This document shows, piece by piece, positions 46,334 to 55,811 of a stretch of DNA of 64,000 nucleotides. The stretch's first letter is position 1; each line of letters opens with the position of its first letter. Source of the DNA: a candidate division WWE3 bacterium RIFCSPHIGHO2_01_FULL_40_23 (GTDB lineage: Bacteria; Patescibacteriota; WWE3; UBA101185; 2-01-FULL-41-18); assembly GCA_001772615.1 (NCBI GenBank), contig MEUZ01000003.1, positions 350,433 to 414,432 of the forward strand, read 5' to 3'. The position numbers and the translations under genes were made by a program. Below the pieces are notes generated by a model that ran no database searches, was not told the origin of the DNA, and saw only the letters and a program-made list of their open reading frames with translations.

Positions 46334-48259
46334 ATGGAACTTTTTCAAAACCTAAACAAAGAACAGACCGAAGCGGCAATGCACCTTGAAGGGCCAGCTC
46401 TGGTAGTTGCCGGTCCAGGGTCAGGAAAAACAAGGGTGTTAACTCACAGGGTTGCCTATCTTATCAACGAACAAAAGATCCATGAGTCAAACATTTTAGT
46501 TGTAACTTTCACAAACAAAGCCGCGAATGAGATAAAAGAGAGGCTTAAAAACTTACTGCAGGAGGATGTTAAGCTCCCCTGGGCCGGAACATTTCATTCA
46601 ATCTGCTCAAAAATTTTAAGAAGAGACGGTTATCTTATCGGCATCAGCCCTTCATTTGCCATTTATGACGAAGATGACCAAAGAGCTCTAATAAAAGGTG
46701 TTCTTAAAGATTTAAATTTACCTCCAACAAAAATTAATCCTTATGCAGTACTCTCAAAAATTTCAGGTGCGAAAAACGAGTTGATTGATGAACACGAATA
46801 TCCCAAATACGCTTTTGGGTACTTCGCGGAAGTGGTTGCAAGGGTGTATCCGATATATCAAAAACGTTTGCGTGAGAACAATGCTTTGGATTTTGATGAT
46901 TTGATAATGGAGACAGTGAGGCTTTTCGAAAACGGGCAGGTTCTTGAAAAATACCAAAACCAACTCCAATTTATCCTCATTGACGAATACCAAGACACAA
47001 ACAAAGCCCAGTACATTTTATCAAAGCTCCTTGCCCAAAAACACGGAAACATTTTCGTTGTCGGGGACATGTCTCAAGCAATTTATTCATTCAGAGGCGC
47101 AGATTTTAGAAACATCCTTAACTTTGAAAAAGATTATAAAGACGCAAAGATTTATAACCTTGAAGAAAACTACAGATCAACTAAAACAATCATTGAAGCC
47201 GCAAGAAACTTAATCACAAAAAATTCAACCCATGTGCCTTTAAATCTCTGGACCAAAAACAAAGAGGGGCAAAAGGTAAAAGTGTATGAAGCTTTTGACC
47301 ACATAGACGAAGCTTTATTTATCGCACAGGAAATAAAAAACGAAATAATAAAAGGGGGGCTTTCATTTGCTGACATTGCAGTACTTTACCGCACAAACGC
47401 GCAGTCAAGAAACATTGAAGAAATGCTTTTAAAAGAGGGCATCCCTTATAAACTCGTTGGTGGCGTGAGATTTTATTCAAGAAAGGAAATTAAAGATTTA
47501 ATTTCTTATTTAAGAGTTATTCATAACCCTTCGGATTCAATTTCCTGGGAAAGAATTATTAACACACCACCAAGAGGACTTGGCAAAAAAGCTGTGGAAA
47601 AGCTCAAGGAAGAAAAATGGGACATAGATAAGATTTCACAAGTTACAAAACTGCCTTTTAAAGAATGGGTTTCACAAATAGAAACTCACACCACTCCTGA
47701 GCTTCTTGAGGATGTTATTTCTAAAACAAGATATATTGAATGGCTAAATGACGGAACCGAGGAAAACCTATACCGAATAGAAAACATAAAAGAGCTTAAA
47801 TCAGTTGCCTCGCTTTTTTCAAATCTGTCCGACTTTCTGGAAAATGTGTCTCTTATTGAAAGTACCGACAAACCGCGCTCTGAAGAAAAAGATGCGGTAA
47901 CTCTTATGACTGTGCACGCGGCAAAAGGCCTTGAATTTCCGGTAGTCTTTATTATGGGGATGGAGGAAGGGCTTTTTCCACATTCAAGAAGCTATCTTGA
48001 CTTAAACGAACTTGAAGAAGAAAGGCGCCTTTGTTACGTAGCAATAACACGGGCAAAAGAGAAGCTTTTTTTAACGCATGCAAAATCGCGTTTGTATTTT
48101 GGAAGCACGCAGTCAAATATAATTTCAAGGTTTATCATTGAAATCCCGCAGGAACTTTTAGAATCAAATCATGTACTTAATAAACACGGCTCATCTAATT
48201 TTGAAATTGAGGAGTTTTTAGATAAACTTCAGAGTGAGAGAGAACTTGAAATAAGATAA
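46334..48259 (+). CDS. pcrA: ATP-dependent DNA helicase PcrA/UvrD
   Basis: AGPGSGKT, DEYQDTN, LEENYRST, HAAKGLEF, EERRLCYVAITRA. Confidence 0.95.
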   Translation: MELFQNLNKEQTEAAMHLEGPALVVAGPGSGKTRVLTHRVAYLINEQKIHESNILVVTFTNKAANEIKERLKNLLQEDVKLPWAGTFHSICSKILRRDGYLIGISPSFAIYDEDDQRALIKGVLKDLNLPPTKINPYAVLSKISGAKNELIDEHEYPKYAFGYFAEVVARVYPIYQKRLRENNALDFDDLIMETVRLFENGQVLEKYQNQLQFILIDEYQDTNKAQYILSKLLAQKHGNIFVVGDMSQAIYSFRGADFRNILNFEKDYKDAKIYNLEENYRSTKTIIEAARNLITKNSTHVPLNLWTKNKEGQKVKVYEAFDHIDEALFIAQEIKNEIIKGGLSFADIAVLYRTNAQSRNIEEMLLKEGIPYKLVGGVRFYSRKEIKDLISYLRVIHNPSDSISWERIINTPPRGLGKKAVEKLKEEKWDIDKISQVTKLPFKEWVSQIETHTTPELLEDVISKTRYIEWLNDGTEENLYRIENIKELKSVASLFSNLSDFLENVSLIESTDKPRSEEKDAVTLMTVHAAKGLEFPVVFIMGMEEGLFPHSRSYLDLNELEEERRLCYVAITRAKEKLFLTHAKSRLYFGSTQSNIISRFIIEIPQELLESNHVLNKHGSSNFEIEEFLDKLQSERELEIR

Positions 48260-48271
48260 GGAGACGGCAAG

Positions 48272-48439
48272 ATGAAAAGGTTGAGGAGAAAAAATCAAAC
48301 CAAGGCCGGTATGAATGTAGAAGTTCGACCGATTGGGGCATCCAGGAGAAAATCCAAAAGCGTATTTAGAAGCGTTCTTGCCAACTTAAAGGGTCCAGTC
48401 AACCTTGTGCTGAGGCTCGTGCAGAATATTTTTTATTGA
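48272..48439 (+). CDS. Small basic orphan peptide (55 aa, not in ORF track)
   Basis: TAAGGAG SD; MKRLRRKNQTK...LVQNIFY*; hairpin AGGGCTCTTAT/ATAAGGGCCCT at 48445-48475. Confidence 0.5.
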   Translation: MKRLRRKNQTKAGMNVEVRPIGASRRKSKSVFRSVLANLKGPVNLVLRLVQNIFY

Positions 48440-48526
48440 TCCTAAGGGCTCTTATGAACGGTAGATAAGGGCCCTATAGTATTTTAAAGTTGGGGAGTTG
48501 GTTTATAATATTCCCTATCCAGATAT

Positions 48527-49267
48527 ATGAGTAAAATAGCTTCAATTTTAGCATCCATTGCTTTAACCCTATCTCCTCAAGTAGACAAAAGTTTTGATGT
48601 GGCAAAGGAGAAAACATACATCAACGAACAAACGTTAGTTAAAACCGAAACAAGGTTTTCACAAAAAGAGATAGCGGAGTCAGATCCAATTGGATATGAA
48701 ACTTCATACCGCGACGATGAAAATCTTGAATTTGGCGAAACTAAAATCTTAAATAAAGGCGAAAACGGCGAGGAAGTTAAAGCATATAGAATAACTTACT
48801 ATGATGAAGAAATTTTGGATAAAGAGCTCATCAACACAGAGATTAAAGAGCCAAAAAATGAGGTAGTTCTAAAGGGAACTAAAATTTCCTGGAAAAAAGA
48901 AGACGCCAACAGATGCGGGGAGTTTAAATACTGGCATAAATATGAAAATGTTTATATGACTACCTACACTCCCCAATGCCTGGGATGTAATGCCTGGACG
49001 TCCATTGGGCTCAAGGCTGGGTATGGAATAGTAGCTGTTGATCCAAAGAAAATTCCATACTGGACAAAAGTTTGCATTCCAGGTTATGGAATAGCGGTAG
49101 CGGGAGATACGGGAGGGGCAATGAGAAGTTATCCCGGACTTCTTATTGACCTTGGCTTTCCTTCCCTTGCACCGCAGGATAAATGGCTGACAACCGGAAG
49201 GTATGATATGTATATTTTAAACAACGAGGATAAAAGAGACAGGTTTTTTGTTGGTGATTTAAGATGA
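48527..49267 (+). CDS. G5 + 3D domain protein (YabE/Rpf-like cell wall protein)
   Basis: G5 (G.NG...P.NEV...GT), 3D domain VAVDP..IP, AGDTGGA, IDL; upstream of rsmA as in the yabE-ksgA arrangement. Confidence 0.85.
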   Translation: MSKIASILASIALTLSPQVDKSFDVAKEKTYINEQTLVKTETRFSQKEIAESDPIGYETSYRDDENLEFGETKILNKGENGEEVKAYRITYYDEEILDKELINTEIKEPKNEVVLKGTKISWKKEDANRCGEFKYWHKYENVYMTTYTPQCLGCNAWTSIGLKAGYGIVAVDPKKIPYWTKVCIPGYGIAVAGDTGGAMRSYPGLLIDLGFPSLAPQDKWLTTGRYDMYILNNEDKRDRFFVGDLR

Positions 49268-49270
49268 GGG

Positions 49271-50035
49271 ATGAAAGCAAAGAAAGAACTGGGGCAAAAT
49301 TTTTTAATTGACGAGCACATTGTAAACATTCTGATCCAGGAAGGAGAGGTAAATAACACAGATAAAGTTCTTGATATCGGATCCGGAAAAGGGTTTGTAA
49401 CCAAGGCTCTTTCTGAAAAAGCCGGGAATGTGCTGGGTGTTGAACTGGATAAAGATTTAATCCCTGTACTTACTTCAAACTTATCACAGTTTAAAAATGT
49501 TGAGATTGAAAACGGCGATATTCTGACTTTTTTAGAGGATAAATCTAATCACAAAAGGTTCAACAAGATAGTTTCTTCCATCCCATTTCAGATAACCTCT
49601 CCCCTTTTGCACAAAATCATAAATATCAGAAGCACAATAGATATTTGCGTCCTACTCATTCAAAAAGAGGTTGCCGAAAGGGTAACTGCAAAACCGCCAA
49701 AAGCAAATTACTTATCCATATTTCTTCAGACCTTTTTTAAGGTGGAGCTAATCACTGTTGTTAGTAAAGAATCATTTTATCCAAAATCTGAAGTTGACGG
49801 CGCAATTATAAAACTCACACCGCTAAAAAAATCTCTTGTAAAAGACGACGTCAAATATTCAAAATTCCTCCACCACGGGTTCACACAGCAAAGAAAGATG
49901 CTATATAAAAGGTTTAAAAAGGAAGTTTTAGAGAAGGCTGGTATAGATACAACAAGGAGAGCCGAAACTTTAAGCGTTGAAGAGTGGGTAAAGATATTCA
50001 AGAATTCATCCCTGATCTGGCCCATGTCATCCTGA
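49271..50035 (+). CDS. rsmA: 16S rRNA adenine dimethyltransferase RsmA/KsgA
   Basis: KKELGQNFL, DIGSGKG, IPFQITS, QKEVAER, RAETLS. Confidence 0.95.
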   Translation: MKAKKELGQNFLIDEHIVNILIQEGEVNNTDKVLDIGSGKGFVTKALSEKAGNVLGVELDKDLIPVLTSNLSQFKNVEIENGDILTFLEDKSNHKRFNKIVSSIPFQITSPLLHKIINIRSTIDICVLLIQKEVAERVTAKPPKANYLSIFLQTFFKVELITVVSKESFYPKSEVDGAIIKLTPLKKSLVKDDVKYSKFLHHGFTQQRKMLYKRFKKEVLEKAGIDTTRRAETLSVEEWVKIFKNSSLIWPMSS

Positions 50036-50083
50036 ATTTAATTCAGGATCTACAGTGAGATACCTGCTTTCGCAGGAATGGCA
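50025..50083. repeat. REP-like GTCAT element (contains the rsmA stop codon)
   Basis: TGTCATCCTGAATTTAATTCAGGATCT...CCTGCTTTCGCAGGAATGGCA. Confidence 0.8.
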
Positions 50084-50090
50084 GAAAATT

Positions 50091-50771
50091 TCAGTCTTCC
50101 AAAATCTCAACAGAGTTAACGGTGACGTTTTCTAATGGATCGGATTTTTCCCTAAAAGCATTTTCCTTAACAGGTGTATCGGCAATTTTATCAACCACAT
50201 CCATCCCCTCTGCTACCTCACCGAAAATTACATAATTTTTCGGTAGTGGGTAATCGGCGTGCATTATAAAAAATTGGCTTCCGTTAGTATTCGGACCGGA
50301 GTTAGCCATAGCCAAAATACCTCTTGTGTAATCCCGTGTAATAGGTTCATCAGAAAATTTATAACCCGGGTCTCCTGTTCCATTTCCAAGCGGATCACCG
50401 CCCTGAATCATAAAACCTTTCATAATTCTGTGAAATCTTGTATTGCTATAAAAACCTTCTTTAGAAAGGAATACAAAATTATTTACCGTAACGGGAGTTT
50501 CTTTTTCAAAAAGGTCAACGGTTACATCCCCTTTTGATGTTTTTAGAACCGCTTTATAATCCTTGCCCTTTTTAAGAATCATCTCTGGAGGATTTTTATA
50601 TCTTCTAAAAGAAGCCACATTGCTTTGGGAAGATTCCTCTTCCTCATCTTTTTTCAGCCGGTCATCAGAAACTACAGAAGCAGCTTCTTCAGGTCTTTTT
50701 GACAGGGCGCTGAAAATAACAATTACAACAAGAACTCCTAAAACTATAGCAAGTACCTGGGTTTTTTGCAT
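50091..50771 (-). CDS. ppiA: Cyclophilin-type peptidyl-prolyl isomerase with N-terminal TM
   Basis: FHRI..GFMIQGGDP, LAMANSGPNTNGSQFFI. Confidence 0.93.
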   Translation of the reverse strand: MQKTQVLAIVLGVLVVIVIFSALSKRPEEAASVVSDDRLKKDEEEESSQSNVASFRRYKNPPEMILKKGKDYKAVLKTSKGDVTVDLFEKETPVTVNNFVFLSKEGFYSNTRFHRIMKGFMIQGGDPLGNGTGDPGYKFSDEPITRDYTRGILAMANSGPNTNGSQFFIMHADYPLPKNYVIFGEVAEGMDVVDKIADTPVKENAFREKSDPLENVTVNSVEILED

Positions 50772-50809
50772 GATGGGGATTTTATCACACGGACGATACT
50801 CCTGTATAT

Positions 50810-50840
50810 AAAACCCTCCCACAACTATGTATGGGAGGGT
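50810..50840 (-). terminator. Intrinsic terminator
   Basis: Minus strand ACCCTCCCA...TGGGAGGG-TTTT. Confidence 0.7.
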
Positions 50841-50848
50841 AGAGTAAA

Positions 50849-51169
50849 TCATGCAAGAGGAGGAAATTTCCCCAGAAGGTAGGTTTCAATTTCAGACAGA
50901 AATTTCTCCTCATCTAGATTCCTCTCCCGGCAGGCCTTTTGAAGTGAAGCTATACCTTCTTGGGTAAGAGAGTATCCGTCTATCGAATAAACCGCCACGC
51001 CTCCCTGCACTAAAGGAATATATCCCTTAGGCTGGTCTGAACGGTCAGGGTTCATAAGCAGATAGGCGCTGAAATTCACAACTTTCGGGAATTCACCTCT
51101 TGTAGAAAGGTTTCCGCCGCTGATAAAGAGCTCGTAGTACCCTATCTTCGCAATTCTTGTGTATCTCAT
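50849..51169 (-). CDS. Small orphan protein (cassette-like)
   Basis: CAGGAGG SD, ATG 51169, own terminator. Confidence 0.65.
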   Translation of the reverse strand: MRYTRIAKIGYYELFISGGNLSTRGEFPKVVNFSAYLLMNPDRSDQPKGYIPLVQGGVAVYSIDGYSLTQEGIASLQKACRERNLDEEKFLSEIETYLLGKFPPLA

Positions 51170-51255
51170 CTCCCATTCCTCCTGTCTTTTGGGTTTGACC
51201 AAGTTTTACCACAACTTTAGGGCATCTCAAAACCGCTTCTTGCTATAATGGCTTT

Positions 51256-52953
51256 GTGAAGGTAAGAATTCCAAAATTCATAGCTATATCCACAATCTTT
51301 CTGTTTCTGTCTACAAGCCTCGCTCACGCCTCGGGAGAAATCATTAAAAAATTTAACTCCGAAGTATCAATATATAAAAATGGTGTCGTAAATGTTAGAG
51401 AAACCATAGTTTATGATTTCTCCACCCTGCAAAGACACGGGATATTTAGAGACATTCCATACACTCTAAAAAATTCGGAAGGCAAAGAATTTGAAATGCC
51501 CATAACTGTTCTTTCAGTCAAAAACGAATACGGACAGGACTATAAATACACACAGTCCAGAACAGGCGGAAACGTCTCGTTAAAAATCGGAGATCCCAAT
51601 AAAACAATCACCGGTGCTCACACCTACGTTATTACTTACGAGGTAGAAGGGACCTTGGAGGAGTTTTCGGACCATGACGAGCTCTACTGGAACGTAACAG
51701 GGAATGAGTGGAAAGTCCCTATAGAAACTTCTTCCGTCAGGCTGTTGTTTCCATCCGACGTGCCCGTCTCAAATCTGAAAATCGCTTGTTTTACAGGGCC
51801 CTTTGGATCTAAAGAAGTAAACTGCTCTCAAGTTTACGACCTTCTGCCAAGCCTTTTTGTAACAACCACAAAATATCTTAATCCAAACGAAGGCTTTACG
51901 ATCGTTGCGGGCTTTGACAAAGGTTACATAACCGTAATACCTAAAAAAGAAGTAAGCAAACTCCCGGAATATTTAGTTCTTGCAGGACTGTTCATCTGGT
52001 ATTTCCTTCTTCCCTTATCGGTTATTCTCATGTATCTAAAATACGGGAGAGACCCAAAAATAAATACCGCAATACCGGCATTGTTTGAGCCGCCTCTTGA
52101 TGGCAAAAGAAGACTAACACCAGCCGAGTCGGGAACTATTGTGGACGAATCTGCGGACGACAAAGACATTACCGCAACAATCGTGGACCTTGCAATAAGA
52201 GGTTACCTGAAAATAACGGAAAAGGATCAGAAGTCTCTTGGAGGATTGCTCTCCTCAAAAGATTACATCCTTACCAGAGAGGAAACGTATAAAAACAAAG
52301 AAGGAGAAGTAAAACTGGAAAAACATGAGGAAGCCTTAATTAATTCTTTGTTCAAGGACGGGGATGAGGTATCAACAGCGGATCTTTTAGACTCATTCAG
52401 TAAAGATGCTCAAAATATTAAAGATAATTTATATAAAAACGCTATCTCAAACGGATTTTTTCCGCATAATCCTAAAACAGTAAGAGACATCTGGCTTATT
52501 GTCGGATTTTTGTCTTTATTTACAATTAACGTTCCTCTTGGAGTTGTATGCATTGTATTTTCAAGGGTCATGCCAAGAAAGACTCTTAAAGGAGCTAAAA
52601 GCAAAGTTGATATTTTAGGCCTTAAGAGGTTTGTTTCTTCCCAGGAAAGACAGCTTAAGTTTCAAGAGGAGAACTGGTATTTATTTGAAAAGCTTCTCCC
52701 TTATGCTATAGCCTTGGGTGTGGCAGATGTATGGGCAAAAAGGTTTGAAAAACTTGGGGAAATACCTCAAAGAACCTGGTATACAGGAAACTCAAGTTTT
52801 AATTCATATACTTTCGCTAATTCGTTAGGCTCTCTTGGAACTTCTGTAGCGAGAGCGGCCACACCGACAAGCTCTTCTTCAGGTTTCTCAAGCGGATTTT
52901 CTGGAGGATCTTCCGGCGGTGGAGGCGGAGGCGGTGGCGGTGGGTCATGGTAA
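51256..52953 (+). CDS. DUF2207 family membrane protein
   Basis: V.ETI.Y, HGIFRDIP, DELYWNVTG..W, DLA.RGYL, LPYAIALGV, Gly-rich GGGSW tail. Confidence 0.9.
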   Translation: MKVRIPKFIAISTIFLFLSTSLAHASGEIIKKFNSEVSIYKNGVVNVRETIVYDFSTLQRHGIFRDIPYTLKNSEGKEFEMPITVLSVKNEYGQDYKYTQSRTGGNVSLKIGDPNKTITGAHTYVITYEVEGTLEEFSDHDELYWNVTGNEWKVPIETSSVRLLFPSDVPVSNLKIACFTGPFGSKEVNCSQVYDLLPSLFVTTTKYLNPNEGFTIVAGFDKGYITVIPKKEVSKLPEYLVLAGLFIWYFLLPLSVILMYLKYGRDPKINTAIPALFEPPLDGKRRLTPAESGTIVDESADDKDITATIVDLAIRGYLKITEKDQKSLGGLLSSKDYILTREETYKNKEGEVKLEKHEEALINSLFKDGDEVSTADLLDSFSKDAQNIKDNLYKNAISNGFFPHNPKTVRDIWLIVGFLSLFTINVPLGVVCIVFSRVMPRKTLKGAKSKVDILGLKRFVSSQERQLKFQEENWYLFEKLLPYAIALGVADVWAKRFEKLGEIPQRTWYTGNSSFNSYTFANSLGSLGTSVARAATPTSSSSGFSSGFSGGSSGGGGGGGGGGSW

Positions 52954-52982
52954 ATAACTAGAAATTACTGAAATTAATGTTC

Positions 52983-53110
52983 TGTCATCCTGAACTGACT
53001 TTATGTCATGCCGGACCTGATCCGGCATCTATAATCCTAGATTCCCGCTTTCGCGGGAATGACACTTGATTCGTGTTGGAGCTTAGACCCTGCTTTCGCA
53101 GGAACAGACC
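52983..53110. repeat. Cluster of complete and partial REP-like GTCAT...ATGAC elements
   Basis: GTCATGCCGGACCTGATCCGGCATCT...GATTCCCGCTTTCGCGGGAATGAC plus partial copies. Confidence 0.8.
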
Positions 53111-53125
53111 TAACAAACCACCAAC

Positions 53126-53157
53126 AAAAAAGGCCAGCTGTAATTACTCAACTGGCC
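53126..53157 (-). terminator. Intrinsic terminator
   Basis: Minus strand GGCCAG...CTGGCC-TTTTTT, overlapping the stop codon. Confidence 0.65.
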
Positions 53158-53440
53158 CAAGGTTTCTACCGCAACCGGGACAAATCCAATTCCCATGCTT
53201 ATTTACAGGAAGGGAAAAGCAATCCAGTCCAGAGCACATCGGCCGCAACTTCCTCCTAACTTCAGCCGGGGCAAGCCTTATCCCTGCTGCAGGTGTTTCC
53301 ACAGCGAAAACCCTTTTCGCAGCTTTAGTTGGCACACGCATTCTGCTTTGGTGATGTTCACCCCGATCACAGTCAGTACAAAATTCGCCATTATCTGCGA
53401 CCTTGTTTCTGCAACCGCACGAACAAGCGCAAGTTGCCAT
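53144..53440 (-). CDS. Small Cys-rich orphan protein, probable double zinc finger (cassette-like)
   Basis: CACSCGC, CTDC, CSGLDC, CPGC; GAAGGAG SD; TTGCTA..TATAAT promoter. Confidence 0.65.
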   Translation of the reverse strand: MATCACSCGCRNKVADNGEFCTDCDRGEHHQSRMRVPTKAAKRVFAVETPAAGIRLAPAEVRRKLRPMCSGLDCFSLPVNKHGNWICPGCGRNLGPVE

Positions 53441-53530
53441 GATCTTTCTCCTTCCTTCGTATAGTATTTTTAAAATTATAAAACTCTTATCCGTTTTAGC
53501 AAGTCAATTCTAGATGCTATACTTTTGCGG

Positions 53531-54475
53531 ATGACAGAAAGATCAAGGCACATTGTTCAATCCCAAGAATGGGGCGAAATAAAGACAAAATATGGCACCA
53601 AGGCAGCCAAGGCCGGAAGTGTTCAATTCACAAAGCACAGGATCCCGTTCACCTCTTACTTTTACGGATATTCTCCCAAAGTAAACCCAAAAGAGATAAA
53701 CTTCAAAATCCTAGAGGAGATTTTGTTAAAAGAAAACGTTATCGCAATTAACTTTGACTGTCCGAATGTTACAACTGACGAAGAAGACTTTAAAGAAAAT
53801 GAAGACATTTTAAAAAAAGCCTGCACACCGTCAAAAAGAAACACTTTTTCAAAATATAACATCCTCTTTGACATCATCCCCACAGAAGACGTGCTTTTAT
53901 CAAACATGCACCCAAAAACAAGATACAACATAAAATACGCCGAAAAAAACGGCATTAAAGTACGGGAAGGAGGAGATAAAGATATAACTCTTTTTAATAA
54001 ACTTCAAAACGAAACAGCAAAAAGACAAAAATTTTATATACATCCCGACAGATATTACGGACTGATATGGGAAGTTTTATCAAAAAAAGGTATGGCAAAG
54101 CTTTTAGTTGCAGAGTATCAAGGAAAGCCAGTCTCATGCTGGATGCTTTTTCTGTATAAGGGCGTGCTTTATTACCCTTATGGAGCGTGGAGCGGTGAGC
54201 ATCAAAACCTCTTTCCAAATAACCTTTTGTGCTTTGAGGCTATAAAACAAGGCAAAAAGGAAGGATGCAAAACATTTGATATGTGGGGAGCGTCAAAAGA
54301 TCCCGAAAATAAAAATGATCCGTGGTATGGCTTCACTAAATTTAAACTTGGATTCGGCGGAAAGCATGTTGAATATATAAACTCGTACGACTTTGTTTTA
54401 AATCAACCCCTTTATCAAAGCTTCAATCTGATTAACGGTGTTAGGTGGGCTGTATTAAAGATGCTTAAAGGCTAA
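53531..54475 (+). CDS. FemABX-family peptidoglycan bridge peptidyltransferase
   Basis: QS.EW...K, KTRYNI, YYPYGA, FD.WG, G..KFK.GFGG. Confidence 0.9.
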   Translation: MTERSRHIVQSQEWGEIKTKYGTKAAKAGSVQFTKHRIPFTSYFYGYSPKVNPKEINFKILEEILLKENVIAINFDCPNVTTDEEDFKENEDILKKACTPSKRNTFSKYNILFDIIPTEDVLLSNMHPKTRYNIKYAEKNGIKVREGGDKDITLFNKLQNETAKRQKFYIHPDRYYGLIWEVLSKKGMAKLLVAEYQGKPVSCWMLFLYKGVLYYPYGAWSGEHQNLFPNNLLCFEAIKQGKKEGCKTFDMWGASKDPENKNDPWYGFTKFKLGFGGKHVEYINSYDFVLNQPLYQSFNLINGVRWAVLKMLKG

Positions 54476-54481
54476 GCGAAA

Positions 54482-55375
54482 ATGAAGGATATAAGGCAGT
54501 CTGAAAACTGGGCCAAATATCTTTCGGGACTTGGATGGGAGTTTCAAAACATAAACGGAACTTTGATTTATCTAAAAAGGATAGGCCCATCTTCCGTAAC
54601 AAAGGTTCAAAGGCCTCAAAGTCTATCGGAGGGTAAGCTTAAAAAAATAGAGGACTCGGCCATTAAAAACAAAACCCTTTTTATTAAAATAGAACCATTG
54701 GACTCCAAAGGTGAAAAAAATCTTAAGAAAGCAGGCTTTGAGAGAAGCTTTTTTCCTCTTTTAACCCCAAGCTCAATTTTTATTGACTTAACTAAAAGTA
54801 AGGAAGACTTATGGAAAAATCTCAAAAAAGACGCGAAATATTCAATCAGAAAAGCGCAAAAAATCAACTTAAAAACCGATTTCTATGTAAACCCCAATCT
54901 CCAAACTTGCGAAAAGTTTTTTAAAATCCTTTTTGAAACAGGGAAACAGAAAAAATTTTATGTCCAGCCCTTCTCCGATCTTAAGACTAAAATAAATTCC
55001 TTTAAGGACTTATCAATAGTCACCCTTACCAAAAAAGACACAGAAATATTATCAGGAAGCCTTATACTTGCCTTTGAAGGAAACGCCTTTTACACCCACG
55101 CCGCATCAAGTAATGAAGGACGAAAATTTGGTTCATCATACTTTGAATTGTGGAGCACAATATTACACCTAAAGAAAAAAGGTATTAAAACTTTTGATCT
55201 TGAGGGAATTGCAGACGAAAGATTTCCAAGCTTTACCAAAAACTGGATGGGCTTCTCCTTTTTTAAAAAGAAATTCGGCGGGGAAATAATAAAATTTCCG
55301 CCTCCTTATATTAAATATTACAACAAAATTCTAACAACACTTAGAAAATTAATGAGAGCCCCCCTGCCGCTATAA
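54482..55375 (+). CDS. FemABX-family peptidyltransferase (second paralog)
   Basis: RQS..W, IDL....DLW, RKA, FDLEG, G..FFKKKFGG. Confidence 0.85.
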   Translation: MKDIRQSENWAKYLSGLGWEFQNINGTLIYLKRIGPSSVTKVQRPQSLSEGKLKKIEDSAIKNKTLFIKIEPLDSKGEKNLKKAGFERSFFPLLTPSSIFIDLTKSKEDLWKNLKKDAKYSIRKAQKINLKTDFYVNPNLQTCEKFFKILFETGKQKKFYVQPFSDLKTKINSFKDLSIVTLTKKDTEILSGSLILAFEGNAFYTHAASSNEGRKFGSSYFELWSTILHLKKKGIKTFDLEGIADERFPSFTKNWMGFSFFKKKFGGEIIKFPPPYIKYYNKILTTLRKLMRAPLPL

Positions 55376-55452
55376 AAACATACGTTTTGACTATATCTAA
55401 GATAGCGATTATCATTTCCGCACTAACTCGCACTGAAAAAAGGAGAAAGAGA

Positions 55453-55662
55453 ATGGAAGTCTATCTTAGGCCGTTGAAGGATGCCGATGATCAGATCGTC
55501 GGCTACGCCCTGGTTGATGAGAATTTTTGGTACGTCACCAATGCGGGGGAATTCACACCAAAGAGGGAGAATGCCAAAGTCTTTCGGCCAGGCAGCCCGC
55601 TTACATTGGTGGTTAACTTTTGCAAGCCGTACAACCTGAAAGTACTCCTTAGCCCCAATTAA
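55453..55662 (+). CDS. Small orphan protein (cassette-like)
   Basis: TTGACT-17-TATCAT promoter, AAAGGAG SD, terminator 55685-55715. Confidence 0.65.
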   Translation: MEVYLRPLKDADDQIVGYALVDENFWYVTNAGEFTPKRENAKVFRPGSPLTLVVNFCKPYNLKVLLSPN

Positions 55663-55684
55663 GTACTGATCTTTAACCCCCATT

Positions 55685-55715
55685 ACCGCGGGACAAGAGC
55701 ACCCCGCGGTTTTTT
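55685..55715 (+). terminator. Intrinsic terminator
   Basis: ACCGCGGG...CCCGCGGT-TTTTT. Confidence 0.8.
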
Positions 55716-55811
55716 CTCGCCACTAAAAGGACCCTGTTATACAAACTTGCTCAAGTTTGCCACATTAACTCATTTGTTGCCGGGACAGATTTAGGTTACT
55801 ATCTGGTTGTA

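Noticed and set aside
52870-52950. GGC/GGA-rich low-complexity repeat
   Set aside because: Normal Gly/Ser-rich C-terminal tail of DUF2207 proteins.
53059-53464. Plus-strand ORFs 53059, 53073 and 53195
   Set aside because: 53059 and 53073 start within REP sequence, and all three are antisense to the Cys-rich ORF that has promoter, SD and terminator.
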